Shown: piece after piece, positions 1 through 12,700 of the stretch | Numbering within the stretch: the stretch's first letter is position 1 | How the letters are laid out: every line of letters begins with the position of its first letter | Origin: Macrostomum lignano | Taxonomy: Eukaryota | Direction: 5' to 3' | DNA length: 64,000 nucleotides | Assembly (NCBI GenBank): GCA_002269645.1 | Contig: NIVC01003468.1 | Span: 32,388-96,387 of the forward strand | Translations under genes and position numbers: made by a program | Notes under the pieces: generated by a model | What the model was told of the DNA's origin: nothing | The model's database searches: none | The model's input: only the letters and a program-made list of their open reading frames with translations

Positions 1-198
1 CTTGTCGTGGTGCTTCTCCTCGCACAGATTCTACTGACGCAGGCTGTCACAAGTTCAGGCCTCAACAATGGCACTCGCGTCAGAAACAAACGATTCTACT
101 GCCTGGGCCGGCACGAGCGGTGCGCCTACAGCAGGGACTGCTGCAGCCGGAATTGCCTGATGCTGCTGGGCTTCGTTGGCATCTGCATCCCTCGTTGA
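1..198 (+). CDS. Secreted inhibitor-cystine-knot (knottin / conotoxin-like) prepropeptide, 5'-truncated by window edge
   Basis: Frame open from base 1: hydrophobic signal-like LVVVLLLAQILLTQA, propeptide ending RNKR (82-93, furin-type site), then FYCLGRHERCAYSRDCCSRNCLMLLGFVGICIPR* with C-X6-C-X5-CC-X3-C-X9-C (C-C-CC-C-C ICK framework). Confidence 0.8.
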   Translation, partial: LVVVLLLAQILLTQAVTSSGLNNGTRVRNKRFYCLGRHERCAYSRDCCSRNCLMLLGFVGICIPR

Positions 199-643
199 GT
201 CATGATCGCTGCGCATGCAGCTTCGATCGTATCTTGACATGAATCTTGCCTACGGAGCCAATGTGGAAATCTTTATTTACTTTGAGAAACTATGAATGAT
301 TTTTTCTTTTAACTTGAAGTAAACTACACTTTGAAGCAATTAATTTGATCTAACAATACATTTAAAAAATAATTTGTGTCAATAGAAGGCGAGACTCGTT
401 TATCTTGTCTATCTTGACCTTTGTTTATCTTGCATTGCGCGGTTGCCTGATATTTGCGTGAATAATAATGCAAGAATGAAGATCCCACACGCAGATAGAA
501 ATTCAAAATCCTGCAACCAAAAGAATTATCGGTAAAAACGCTGTCATAGTACTGCTACTATCAGTAGTATAAAAATAAAGTATAGTATAAAAGTGTCGCA
601 TTTCGAGGAAGCGTACATGAAGGCGGTGCAGCCAGCCGCTCTG

Positions 644-2364
644 CTAGAGGCCGACCATCGCGCTGGCCGGGTGTCCAGCCGGGCACGGTCGGAACGCGAA
701 CCCGCCGCTGTCATCGTCGCTGATGCCGCCGTTGCCGCTACCGCCGTTGCCACCGCCGCCGCCGCCGGCCCGGCTTCGGCACCTGCAGCAGCAGCTGGCG
801 AGCTGGGCGGCCAGCAGACGCAGGGCTACGCGGAAGTCCCTCAGACAGGCGCAGTGGATGAGGAATCGCCAGCCGCAGTTGCCAACCGCCGTCCAGAAGG
901 AGAAGAAAATTGCAGCGGCTGGCAGCGAGCCACCCGAGCGGGCGTCGGCGACCTGGACGGAGGCCCAGACGGTCCAGGTGGCCAGCTGCACCGCTGTGGC
1001 GGCGAACACGTCGCGGTAAAATGCCTCACGAGTGTCTTCAAAGCTGCTGCCGTCGCCGCCGCCGCCGCCGCCGCCACCGCCGGAGCTGCTCGCTGCCGCC
1101 TCAACGCCGAGCTCGCCTTCGAAGGTCAGGTAGCGAAGTCGCATCCGGCGGAAGCTGGGCGTCAACAGGTAGCCGTTGGTTGCGCAGGCAGCCAACAGGG
1201 CGGGCAGCAGCACCACGGAGCAGACGGCCAGGTGGTAGCCCGACTCCTGCGGGCCGCGGCGAGGACACTTGAGCAGATGCCGAAGAAAAAAGCGGAAGTC
1301 GAATGGGGTGAAGCGGGAGTGGGATGGGGTGAAGCGGGAGTGGGATGGGGTGAAGCGGGAGTGGGATGGGGTGAAGCGGGAGTGGGATGGGGTGAAGCGG
1401 GAGTGGGATGGGGTGAAGCGGGAGTGGGATGGGGTGAAGCGGGAGTAGGATGGGGTGAAGCGGGAGTGGGATGGGGTGAAGCGGGAGTGGGATGGGGTGA
1501 AGCGGGAGTGGAATGGGGTGAAGCGGGAGTGGGATGGGGTGAAGCGGGAGTGGGATGGGGTGAAGCGGGAGTGGGATGGGGTGAAGCGGGAGTGGAATGG
1601 GGTGAAGCGGGAGTGGAATGGGGTGAAGCGGGAGTGGGATGGGGTGAAGCGGGAGTGGGATGGGGTGAAGCGGGAGTGGGATGGGGTGAAGCGGGAGTGG
1701 AATGGGGTGAAACGGAAGAGAAGCGGAAACGAAGGGAAGAGAAGCAGGTGAAGCAGAGGATGAATCCGAAACTGAAAGCTCAGTAGAGGCCAACGGGAAG
1801 CACTGTCTCTGTCTACCCCACGAGGCTCCCCCACCGCACCTGGCCCCAGTTCACGAAGCAGGCCCCTGTTAAGTTGGAGAAGGCGGTGGCTTTGGCGGGG
1901 TCGCTGGACACGGCGGTGGGCAGCGCCACCAGCACGGCCAGGCCGGTCAGTGCGGCCAGCCAGCAGGCGGAGCGAGTCCGGGACAGCAGCGTCGGGTAGC
2001 GTCCCGGCCAGCGGAAGGCGGCGAAGTGGTCGCAGGCGGCTGCCAGCAGCAGGTAGGCGGCCAGCTGCAGCAGCGAGACGGCCAGGTAGCCGGCCAGCTC
2101 GCAGCCCCAGTGGCCGGACAGGCCGGCCGCCGCCCTGGCCAGATTTAGGCGAGCCGCGGCGGCCGCGGGCAGCAGCGAAAAGCCAGTCAGGAGGTCGGCG
2201 GCGGCCAGGCCGACGAAGAAGACGAGGTTGGTGCGGCTGAGGGCCGCCCGGCAGCGGGGCGCGGCGGCCACGGCCAGGGTGGCCGAGTTGCCGGCCGAGC
2301 TCAGCAGGAGGAGGAACAACAGGTAGGCAAATTCCAGGCCGGCCAAGCCGCTGGCTACGGCCAT
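644..2364 (-). CDS. Rhodopsin-like (class A) GPCR, orphan, 2 coding exons
   Basis: Exons 2364-1840 and 1246-644, phase-0 intron (CAG|GTGCGG ... CCCGCAG|GAG). TM1 GN, TM2 LAAAD, TM3 Cys and DHF at the DRY position, P-x-RY in ICL2, ECL2 Cys, TM5 Pro, helix-8 DFR, Cys cluster. Seven hydrophobic segments after joining. An upstream exon cannot be excluded. Confidence 0.85.
1304..1712 (+). repeat. 21-bp minisatellite GGGGTGAAGCGGGAGTGGGAT, ~19 copies, in GPCR intron
   Basis: Direct tandem repeats; source of the GEAGVGW / SRFTPSH pseudo-ORFs. Confidence 0.95.
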
Positions 2365-2419
2365 CGTCTGACAGATGTCCGGCTGTGTCCGAGGGTCTGT
2401 CCGAGCTCTTGAGAGAAGC

Positions 2420-2925
2420 CTGAAGGACTCAATGGGTCAGTCTGAAGGACTCAGTGGGTCAGCCGGAATATTCAGTGGGTCAGTCTGTAGGACTCAGTGG
2501 GTCAGTCTGAAGGGCTCAGTGGGTCAGTCTGTAGGACTCAGTGGGTCAGTCTGAAGGACTCAGTGGGTCAGTCTGTAGGACTCAGTGGGTCAGTCTGAAG
2601 GACTCAGTGGGTCAGTCTGTAGGACTCAGTGGGTCAGTTTGAAGGGCTCAGTGGATCAATCTGAAGGACTCAGTGGGTCAGCCGGAATATTCAGTGGGTC
2701 AGTCTGTAGGACTCAGTGGGTCAGTTTGAAGGGCTCAGTGGGTCAATCTGAAGGACTCAATGGATCAGCCTGAAGGACTCAGTGGGTCAGCCGGAATGAT
2801 TCAGTGGGTCAGTCTGAAGGACTCAGTGGGTCAGTCTGTAGGACTCAGTGGTTCAGTCTGAAGGACTCAATGGATCAGCCTGAATGACTCAGTGGGTCAG
2901 TTTGAAGGGCTCAGTGGGTCAGATG
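2420..2925 (+). repeat. ~22-bp degenerate minisatellite (ACTCAGTGGGTCAGTCTGAAGG)
   Basis: Direct tandem repeats immediately upstream of the GPCR start. Confidence 0.9.
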
Positions 2926-3431
2926 GTCCAAAAGTGTCGGCGGGAATCGTAAATTGTCTCTGTAGCATCGAATGTTTAAAATTCGCGCAAATTCAAAAAC
3001 TCACAGAACTTCTCCAACCTTTCGGCGCAGAGTTTCGAGTTTATTGAACAAGTTGTCGAGCCTTGGGTAGGTAAAAAATCTTCACAAAATGAATTGATTC
3101 CCGATATTTTGTCGGACAGGTTGGGGCGTCAAAAAGTCAGGCCAGAGAGGCTTTGGCGTCCCCCTGCCGCCTGTCTCAGTCACGAGCTCTGTGCCGGGCT
3201 GCTTGGGAAGTTAAATATTTAATCAGGAGCCCCCGAACAGGCAGGGAGGGGGAGAGCACGGCTGGAGAGAAGATTGGGGGATTTGGGGACGGGGTACGGC
3301 CTGCACCTGCACCAGTTCCGCTCTGCCGCCTGTTGGGAATAAAAGAGTGGGAATAAAGTCCTGTTGGAAACCTGGAGCTTCACAATGCACTTATGGAGTG
3401 CGGCTTCGTTTGTATACAACTGCTTGCTGAC

Positions 3432-3914
3432 TCTGATCCCACTGGCTCTGATCCCACTGGCTCTGATCCCACTGGCTCTGATCCCACTGGCTCTGATCCC
3501 ACTGGCTCTGATCCCACTGGCTCTGATCCCACTGGCTCTGATCCCACTGGCTCTGATCCCACTGGCTCTGATCCCACTGGCTCTGATCCCACTGGCTCTG
3601 ATCCCACTGGCTCTGATCCCACTGGCTCTGATCCCACTGGCTCTGATCCCACTGGCTCTGATCCCACTGGCTCTGATCCCACTGGCTCTGATCCCACTGG
3701 CTCTGATCCCACTGGCTCTGATCCCACTGGCTCTGATCCCACTGGCTCTGATCCCACTGGCTCTGATCCCACTGGCTCTGATCCCACTGGCTCTGATCCC
3801 ACTGGCTCTGATCCCACTGGCTCTGATCCCACTGGCTCTGATCCCACTGGCTCTGATCCCACTGGCTCTGATCCCACTGGCTCTGATCCCACTGGCTCTG
3901 ATCCCACTGGCTCT
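3432..3914 (+). repeat. 15-bp perfect minisatellite CTCTGATCCCACTGG, ~32 copies
   Basis: No variant unit seen by eye. Confidence 0.97.
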
Positions 3915-4344
3915 TGCCCCAGATCCGCAGGCACTCCCAAGTGTTTCAAACACGCAAGCAAGTTTAGTGAACAATTTTTACTTTATTTTCATATGAGGCA
4001 GCAGCAATTAACAAAAATCGTCAATTGTAAATTAAGTTTGGATGGAGAAATCAATGGTATGATCAGAGATTTTCAGCTAATTAAAAATTGATTCTTTGCA
4101 AAGGAGTCACAAGGGATCAAAGCTTAATTAGTTCCCGACAAGTTGGCAAAAAGACAGATTTTCTACGCAAATATTGCTTCATTTTGTCAGCTAAATTTAG
4201 CACGAAAACTATGTAACTCTACTCGCAAGTGAAATACTACTGCTCTGTGCGCTTGTTAGTAAAGTAAAGAGAGTAAAAAGCTATAAAATATTGTTAAAAG
4301 AAGATTAGCCCTAATTAAGAAGCTGGACGTAATTTGGCTGGGAG

Positions 4345-4615
4345 ATAGACATGAGATGGCTGAGGGATAGAGATTAGATGTCTGACTAAGGGATAGACAT
4401 GACTATGAAATAGATATGAGATGACTATGGAATAGACATGAGATGACTATGGAATAGACATGAGATGACTATGGAATAGACAGGAGATGACTATGGAAGA
4501 GACATGAGATAACTATGGAATAGACAGGAGATGACTATGGAATAGACATGAGAAGACTATGGAATAGACATAAGATGACCGAGGAAGAGACATGAGATGA
4601 CTATGGAATAGACAT
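4345..4615 (+). repeat. 22-bp minisatellite (ATGAGATGACTATGGAATAGAC)
   Basis: Direct tandem repeats with variants. Confidence 0.9.
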
Positions 4616-4667
4616 CTATCGGGTAACATCAGACAGTGACGTCATCACTCGGACGGTCTGGGGGCCA

Positions 4668-4914
4668 TCAGACGCGGCAGAAAGCGATGGCCACGGCAGC
4701 CGGAGCTCCGGCAAAGAGGCCCAGCAGGGTGACGGCAGCCCGCCGCCGGCCTGGCGCAGGCGGCGCAGCAGCGGCAGCGGTGGCCTCGCCGTCGATCCCG
4801 ACGCTGTCGTCGTCAAGCAGGACGATGACAGCCGCGAAGGCGCAGGCGGTGGTGACCAGCAGCAGCAGGACGGCCGTCAGCAGGCGGCGACCGCCGATGT
4901 TGACTTCGGCAACC
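4668..4914 (-). CDS. Probable terminal exon of a small two-TM membrane protein, unidentified
   Basis: GC-rich coding-like codons; CTCAG acceptor before VAEVNIGGRRLLTAVLLLLVTTACAFAAVIVLL...AAVTLLGLFAGAPAAVAIAFCRV*; two hydrophobic segments. Upstream exon not established. Confidence 0.4.
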
Positions 4915-5365
4915 TGAGGTCCCGGCATCCACTGAGCAGCAAAAGGCTGGCAAAGAATAGTCTATTTACGAGCTACACGTGGAACGCATTCTGAGATTTG
5001 GTCTCGCGCTGCTCTGAGCACAAGCAAATTCCACAGACAGCCGCTGCTGCTTTTAATACATGCGAGAATTTTATCTCAGCTCTGCGCCCGTTATTGTTTG
5101 ATGAAGTAAACAGTGGCTGCTGACTGCAGTTTGAGAACCACGGGAACGCATGCAGCGACTTCTTGTGCGAGTAAGGGCTATTTCCAGCCCACTTAACCCG
5201 AAAATATTTGCATCTTTCAGTCCAGTGAGGAACCTTTTTCTTCACTTCAAGCAGATTTTTAATGTTGAGTCACGTTGATCCAACAGTTGGCTTCTGCTGC
5301 CTAACAATGCATTGGACAGGTGCCTTTCAGATAGCACATGGATTAAACAGCCAATTCCTGTTATC

Positions 5366-7152
5366 CATGATAGGCTAGATGAGCAATCCATTCTTTTTCT
5401 GCATCCATGATAGGCTAGATGAGCAATCCATTCTTTTTCTGCATCCATGATAGGCTAGATTAGCAATCCATTCTATTCCTGCACCCATGATAGGCTAGAT
5501 TAGCAATCCATTCTATTCCTGCACCCATGATAGGCTAGATTAGCAATCCATTCTTTTTCTGCACCCCTGATAGGCTAGATTAGCAATCCATTCTATTCCT
5601 GCACCCATGATAGACTAGATTAGCAATCCATTCTATTCCTGCACCCCTGATAGGCTAGATTAGCAATCCATTCTATTCCTGCACCCATGATAGATTAGAT
5701 TAGCAATCCATTCTATTCCTGCACCCCTGATAGGCTAGATTAGCAATCCATTCTATTCCTGCATCCATGATAGGCTAGATTAGCAATCCATTCTATTCCT
5801 GCATCCATGATAGGCTAGATTAGCAATCCATTCTATTCCTGCATCCATGATAGGCTAGATTAGCAATCCATTCTATTCCTGCACCCCTGATAGGCTAGAT
5901 TAGCAATCCATTCTATTCCTGCATCCATGATAGGCTAGATTAGCAATCCATTCTATTCCTGCACCCATGATAGGCTAGATTAGCAACCCATTCTATTCCT
6001 GCATCCATGATAGGCTAGATTAGCAATCCATTCTTTTTCTGCACCCCTGATAGGCTAGATTAGCAATCCATTCTATTCCTGCACCCATGATAGGCTAGAT
6101 TAGCAATCCATTCTATTCCTGCATCCATGATAGGCTAGATTAGCAATCCATTCTATTCCTGCACCCATGATAGGCTAGATTAGCAATCCATTCTATTCCT
6201 GCACCCCTGATAGGCTAGATTAGCAATCCATTCTATTCCTGCACCCATGATAGGCTAGATTAGCAATCCATTCTATTCCTGCACCCATGATAGGCTAGAT
6301 TAGCAATCCATTCTATTCCTGCATCCATGATAGGCTAGATTAGCAATCCATTCTATTCCTGCACCCATGATAGGCTAGATTAGCAATCCATTCTATTCCT
6401 GCACCCATGATAGGCTAGATTAGCAATCCATTCTTTTTCTGCACCCCTGATAGGCTAGATTAGCAATCCATTCTATTCCTGCACCCATGATAGGCTAGAT
6501 TAGCAATCCATTCTATTCCTGCACCCCTGATAGGCTAGATTAGCAATCCATTCTATTCCTGCACCCATGATAGACTAGATTAGCAATCCATTCTATTCCT
6601 GCACCCCTGATAGGCTAGATTAGCAATCCATTCTATTCCTGCATCCATGATAGGCTAGATTAGCAATCCATTCTATTCCTGCACCCATGATAGGCTAGAT
6701 TAGCAACCCATTCTATTCCTGCATCCATGATAGGCTAGATTAGCAATCCATTCTTTTTCTGCACCCCTGATAGGCTAGATTAGCAATCCATTCTATTCCT
6801 GCACCCATGATAGGCTAGATTAGCAATCCATTCTATTCCTGCACCCATGATAGGCTAGATTAGCAATCCATTCTATTCCTGCATCCATGATAGGCTAGAT
6901 TAGCAATCCATTCTATTCCTGCACCCATGATAGGCTAGATTAGCAATCCATTCTATTCCTGCACCCATGATAGGCTAGATTAGCAATCCATTCTATTCCT
7001 GCACCCATGATAGGCTAGATTAGCAATCCATTCTATTCCTGCACCCATGATAGGCTAGATTAGCAATCCATTCTATTCCTGCATCCATGATAGGCTAGAT
7101 TAGCAATCCATTCTATTCCTGCACCCATGATAGGCTAGATTAGCAATCCATT
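5366..7152 (+). repeat. 40-bp minisatellite CATGATAGGCTAGATTAGCAATCCATTCTATTCCTGCACC, ~44 copies
   Basis: Direct tandem repeats; ends next to a minus-strand GTAAAT donor-like site at ~7155. Confidence 0.97.
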
Positions 7153-7804
7153 TACCTCTCGGTAATTGCCGCATTCGCCAACTCAGACGCACTGTTTCCA
7201 AAACGAATAAGAATGGAAAATTAGTTCTACAAGTTTTCAAATTATAACAATTGAATTTTCGCCAATCTGTTCTGATTTGCCGCGAGCCGGCAGCGAGAGA
7301 CTCAGAATGAATTTTATTCACAGCAGGCGTGCAGCGCACAGGCAGCGGACAGGCGGATCGCGGGAATACTGGGAGGCGCAGGCCCTTGGGCGGCAGCCTG
7401 CACACATAAATAGCCAGCTGCGGCCACCTGCAGGGCCATGCGATCAGCAAAGCAGTTAGCATCAGGGGGGGGGGTATATTGGCAAACTGAACGAGCCAGT
7501 AAACGCAGGAAAATCCAGGATGTGCAATGATCTGCAACTGTCATCAGTTCTGCTGCTGCTGAAAACGCTATAAACACAAATATATAGTACAGGTGATCAA
7601 GATGCAAAACATTTTGCTATGTGATTTCAGGCTTCTCAATAGAGGCGTCAAATACTAAATGGCTAAGCTGGTGCGGTGCATTGTCATGGCCTGGGCCTGG
7701 GCACTGTAAACCTAACCACCTGTATCCCCACCCAACCTCATGCCTGCCCACCTAACCTCCCGCCTCCCCACCTAACAACCCACCCACCTCCTCAACTAAC
7801 AACC

Positions 7805-8338
7805 CGCCTCACCACCCAACCACCCATCTCCCCACCAACCACCCATCTCCCCACCAACCACCCATCTCCCCACCAACCACCCATCTCCCCACCCAACCAC
7901 CCATCTCCCCACCCAACCACCCATCTCCCCACCAACTACCCATCTCCCCACCCAACCACCCATCTCCCCACCCAACCACCCATCTCCCCACCAACCACCC
8001 ATCTCCCCACCCAACCACCCATCTCCCCACCCAACCACCCATCTCCCCACCAACCACGCATCTCCCCACCCAACCACTCATCTCCCCACCCAACCACCCA
8101 TCTCCCCACCAACTACCCATCTCCCCACCAACTACCCATCTCCCCACCCAACCACCCATCTCCCCACCAACCACCCATCTCCCCACCCAACCACCCATCT
8201 CCCCACCCAACCACCCATCTCCCCACCCAACCACCCATCTCCCCACCCAACCACCCATCTCCCCACCCAACCACCCATCTCCCCACCCAACCACCCATCT
8301 CCCCACCAACCACCCATCTCCCCACCAACCACCCATCT
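7805..8338 (+). repeat. 19-20-bp C-rich minisatellite (CCAACCACCCATCTCCCCAC)
   Basis: Direct tandem repeats; G-rich on the minus strand. Confidence 0.93.
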
Positions 8339-8984
8339 CGTCACCAGCTTAGCCAGCGTGCAAAACAGCAGCGCTACTTGAAGGTTAAGCAGAGAAAAAG
8401 ACGATCATATGAAGGACAAAAAGCTGCTGCAATCGAAGCAGTCTGACTAAGCAGATTTAAATACAAAATAATAAGCTGATTCGCTCGCACTGACTGAGAA
8501 AGCAAAGCTGAAGATTACAATTTTCGCGGCAAAAATCCTTTTCATACTACTTAATAAAACTCTACAAAACAAGCCAAGCCATTGTTCCCATATTTGATCG
8601 ACTAAAACAAATATGCAACAGGAACTTGTCCGCCCGGGCCGAGCAGCGGAGCGAACAAATGCAAAAGAGATAGAATACGCCGATTTGCAAAAGTACATTC
8701 AGTTTAAGTGCTGCGAATAACTGCGTAGTGAAGAATTTCAAATAATGCGATAGTTGCGCTCAGAAGGACATTCACTCAGAGGGATACTCAGAAGGATATG
8801 AACACTGTTGAGATTGGGATTAGCGAGATTATTGTGAGAAAAGGATGGTACTATATAAGATGTAGGGAGAAAAAGAGTGAGACTAATGGAAAATTGGGGA
8901 AAATATGTGAGATTTAGGTAGGAGACAACTAGCTAAAGAACTTTCGCCTAGCGAAATATAAATTGAGATTTCCAGGAAAGGGAA

Positions 8985-9420
8985 GGGTGAGATAGAGAGA
9001 TGTATGGAGAGATAAAGAGTGAGACAGGGAGATGTAGGGAGAGATAAAGAGTGAGACAGGGAGATGTAGGGAGAGATAAAGAGTGAGACAGGGAGATGTA
9101 GAGAGAGATAAAGAGTGAGACAGGGAGATGTAGGGAGAGATAAAGAGTGAGACAGGGAGATGTAGGGAGAGATAAAGAGTGAGACAGGGAGATGTAGGGA
9201 GATGAAGGGTGAGATAAGGAGATGTAGGGAGAGATAAAGAGTGAGATAAGGAGATGTAGGGAGAGATAAAGAGTGAGGCTTAGGGAGATGAAGAGTGAGA
9301 TAGGGAGATGTAGGGAGAGAGACAGGGAGACTTAGGGAGATGAAGAGTGAGATTGGGAGATGTAGGGAGATATAAAGAGTGAGGTAGGGAGATCTAGAAA
9401 GAGATAGAGTGAGATCCTCA
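8985..9420 (+). repeat. 32-bp purine-rich minisatellite (GAGAGATAAAGAGTGAGACAGGGAGATGTAGG), decaying
   Basis: 32-bp period between ATAAAG motifs at 9012 and 9044, continuing with decay. Confidence 0.88.
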
Positions 9421-9769
9421 AATGTACTCGTAGCAAGAGAAAAAGAGTAAGACAGGGAGATATGGGGAGAGAAAATGGGTAAGAGGGGTAAGATAGAGGG
9501 AGACAGGAGTGATGAGATTCAGGTGGATCATGAGACAAAACAAAATCAAAGACTTTCAGCCACAATTTGCCGGACGGGCACACAGCCGGGCTGCCAAGGC
9601 TTTCCATATCTAAGCTCAGGTTACAGCTAACAACAGGACAGCAAAGTGCTCACAATAGGCATCAAAATAAATCAGACTCTTAATCTGCGCGAGTCGCGAT
9701 TTACAGGTGCATTAAAAAAGTCTCCACCTGTGCCAGGGAAGTCCGGCTGCTGTATCACAGATGACCGTC

Positions 9770-12700
9770 TCAGCAGTCAGCCTCCGCCTCTGCCGTGACC
9801 TCAGCCCGCACAACCTGCACCTCCACCCGCGTCTCCGCTTCCGCGGCGGCGCCCGCCTCGGCCACCGCTGCCGCCGGCGTCAGTGCGATCGCCGAATCGC
9901 CTTCGCTGGAAGCCGCTTCGGCGCCAAACAGGCGCAGCGTGGCGTCGGTGAAGGCGGGCGCGTCGCCGCTGCCGCCGCAGCCTCCGGTCTCGTCGCCGAC
10001 GCACGAGTCGCCATCGTTGGCGTCGGCTCGGCAGCGGCGGCAGAGGGAGCGGCACTTGCAGCAGAGGATGAAGGGGGCCGCCAGCAGCACGAAGGGGCTG
10101 ACGATCACCACCAGCAGGGAGAAGCCGAAGAAGATGGCGCCAACCTGCACGGCGAATCGCTTGTCAATATTAGCAACACTGTGGGATTCGCTAGGGCTGC
10201 TTGTTGGGCATACAGTCCAGGACTGCGGGGACACGGAAGCTAAAGCACAGCGGAGATCGAGTCCAGGACTGCGGGGACACGGAAGCTAAAGCACAGCGGA
10301 GATCGAGTCCAGGACTGCGGGGACACGGAGGCTAAAGCACAGCGGAGATCGAGTCCAGGACTGCGGGGACACGGAAGCTAAAGCACAGCGGAGATCGAGT
10401 CCAGGACTGCGGGGACACGGAAGCTAAAGCACAGCGGAGATCGAGTCCAGGACTGCGGGGACATGGAAGCTAAAGCACAGCGGAGATCGAGTCCAGGACT
10501 GCGGGGACACGGAAGCTAAAGCACAGCGGAGATCGAGTCCAGGACTGCGGGGACATGGAAGCTAAAGCACAGCGGAGATCGAGTCCAGGACTGCGGGGAC
10601 ACGGAGCTAAAGCACAGCGGAGATCGAGTCCAGGACTGCGGGGACACGGAAGCTAAAGCACAGCGGAGATCGAGTCCAGGACTGCGGGGACATGGAAGCT
10701 AAAGCACAGCGGAGATCGAGTCCAGGACTGCGGGGACATGGAAGCTAAAGCACAGCGGAGATCGAGTCCAGGACTGCGGGGACACGGAGCTAAAGCACAG
10801 CGGAGATCGAGTCCAGGACTGCGGGGACATGGAAGCTAAAGCACAACGGAGATCGAGTCCAGGACTGCGGGGACATGGAAGCTAAAGCACAGCGGAGATC
10901 GAGTCCAGGACTGCGGGGACACGGAGCTAAAGCACAGCGGAGATCGAGTCCAGGACTGCGGGGACACGGAGCTAAAGCACAGCGGAGATCGAGTCCAGGA
11001 CTGCGGGGACACAGAGCTAAAGCACAGCGGAGATCGAGTCCAGGACTGCGGGGACATGGAAGCTAAAGCACAGCGGAGATCGAGTCCAGGACTGCGGGGA
11101 CACGGAAGCTAAAGCACAGCGGAGATCGAGTCCAGGACTGCGGGGACACGGAAGCTAAAGCACAGCGGAGATCGAGTCCAGGACTGCGGGGACACGGAGC
11201 TAAAGCACAGCGGAGATCGAGTCCAGGACTGCGGGGACACAGAGCTAAAGCACAGCGGAGATCGAGTCCAGGACTGCGGGGACATGGAAGCTAAAGCACA
11301 GCGGAGATCGAGTCCAGGACTGCGGGGACACGGAAGCTAAAGCACAGCGGAGATCGAGTCCAGGACTGCGGGGACATGGAAGCTAAAGCACAGCGGAGAT
11401 CGAGTCCAGGACTGCGGGGACACGGAAGCTAAAGCACAGCGGAGATCGAGTCCAGGACTGCGGGGACATGGAAGCTAAAGCACAGCGGAGATCGAGTCCA
11501 GGACTGCGGGGACACGGAGCTAAAGCACAGCGGAGATCGAGTCCAGGACTGCGGGGACACGGAAGCTAAAGCACAGCGGAGATCGAGTCCAGGACTGCGG
11601 GGACACGGAGCTAAAGCACAGCGGAGATCGAGTCCAGGACTGCGGGGACATGGAAGCTAAAGCACAGCGGAGATCGAGTCCAGGACTGCGGGGACATGGA
11701 AGCTAAAGCACAGCGGAGATCGAGTCCAGGACTGCGGGGACACGGAGCTAAAGCACAGCGGAGATCGAGTCCAGGACTGCGGGGACATGGAAGCTAAAGC
11801 ACAGCGGAGATCGAGTCCAGGACTGCGGGGACACGGAGCTAAAGCACAGCGGAGATCGAGTCCAGGACTGCGGGGACAAGGAGCTAAAGCACAGCGGAGA
11901 TCGAGTCCAGGACTGCGGGGACACGGAGCTAAAGCACAGCGGAGATCGAGTCCAGGACTGCGGGGACACGGAGCTAAAGCACAGCGGAGATCGAGTCCAG
12001 GACTGCGGGGACATGGAAGCTAAAGCACAGCGGAGATCGAGTCCAGGACTGCGGGGACATGGAAGCTAAAGCACAGCGGAGATCGAGTCCAGGACTGCGG
12101 GGACACGGAGCTAAAGCACAGCGGAGATCGAGTCCAGGACTGCGGGGACACGGAAGCTAAAGCACAGCGGAGATCGAGTCCAGGACTGCGGGGACATGGA
12201 AGCTAAAGCACAGCGGAGATCGAGTCCAGGACTGCGGGGACACGGAGCTAAAGCACAGCGGAGATCGAGTCCAGGACTGCGGGGACACGGAGCTAAAGCA
12301 CAGCGGAGATCGAGTCCAGGACTGCGGGGACATGGAAGCTAAAGCACAGCGGAGATCGAGTCCAGGACTGCGGGACATGGAAGCTAAAGCACAGCGGAGA
12401 TCGAGTCCAGGACTGCGGGGACACGGAGCTAAAGCACAGCGGAGATCGAGTCCAGGACTGCGGGGACACGGAAGCTAAAGCACAGCGGAGATCGAGTCCA
12501 GGACTGCGGGGACACGGAAGCTAAAGCACAGCGGAGATCGAGTCCAGGACTGCGGGGACACGAAGCTAAAGCACAGCGGAGATCGAGTCCAGGACTGCGG
12601 GGACATGGAAGCTAAAGCACAGCGGAGATCGAGTCCAGGACTGCGGGGACATGGAAGCTAAAGCACAGCGGAGATCGAGTCCAGGACTGCGGGGACACGG

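Noticed and set aside
593-1786. 397-aa plus-strand ORF and the other long repeat-derived ORFs (3219-4091, 14524-15220, 23500-24477, 25657-27110, 30344-31552, 34210-34879)
   Set aside because: They are antisense shadows of GC-rich exons or translations of tandem repeats open in several frames, and lie within introns of well-supported genes or in intergenic repeats.
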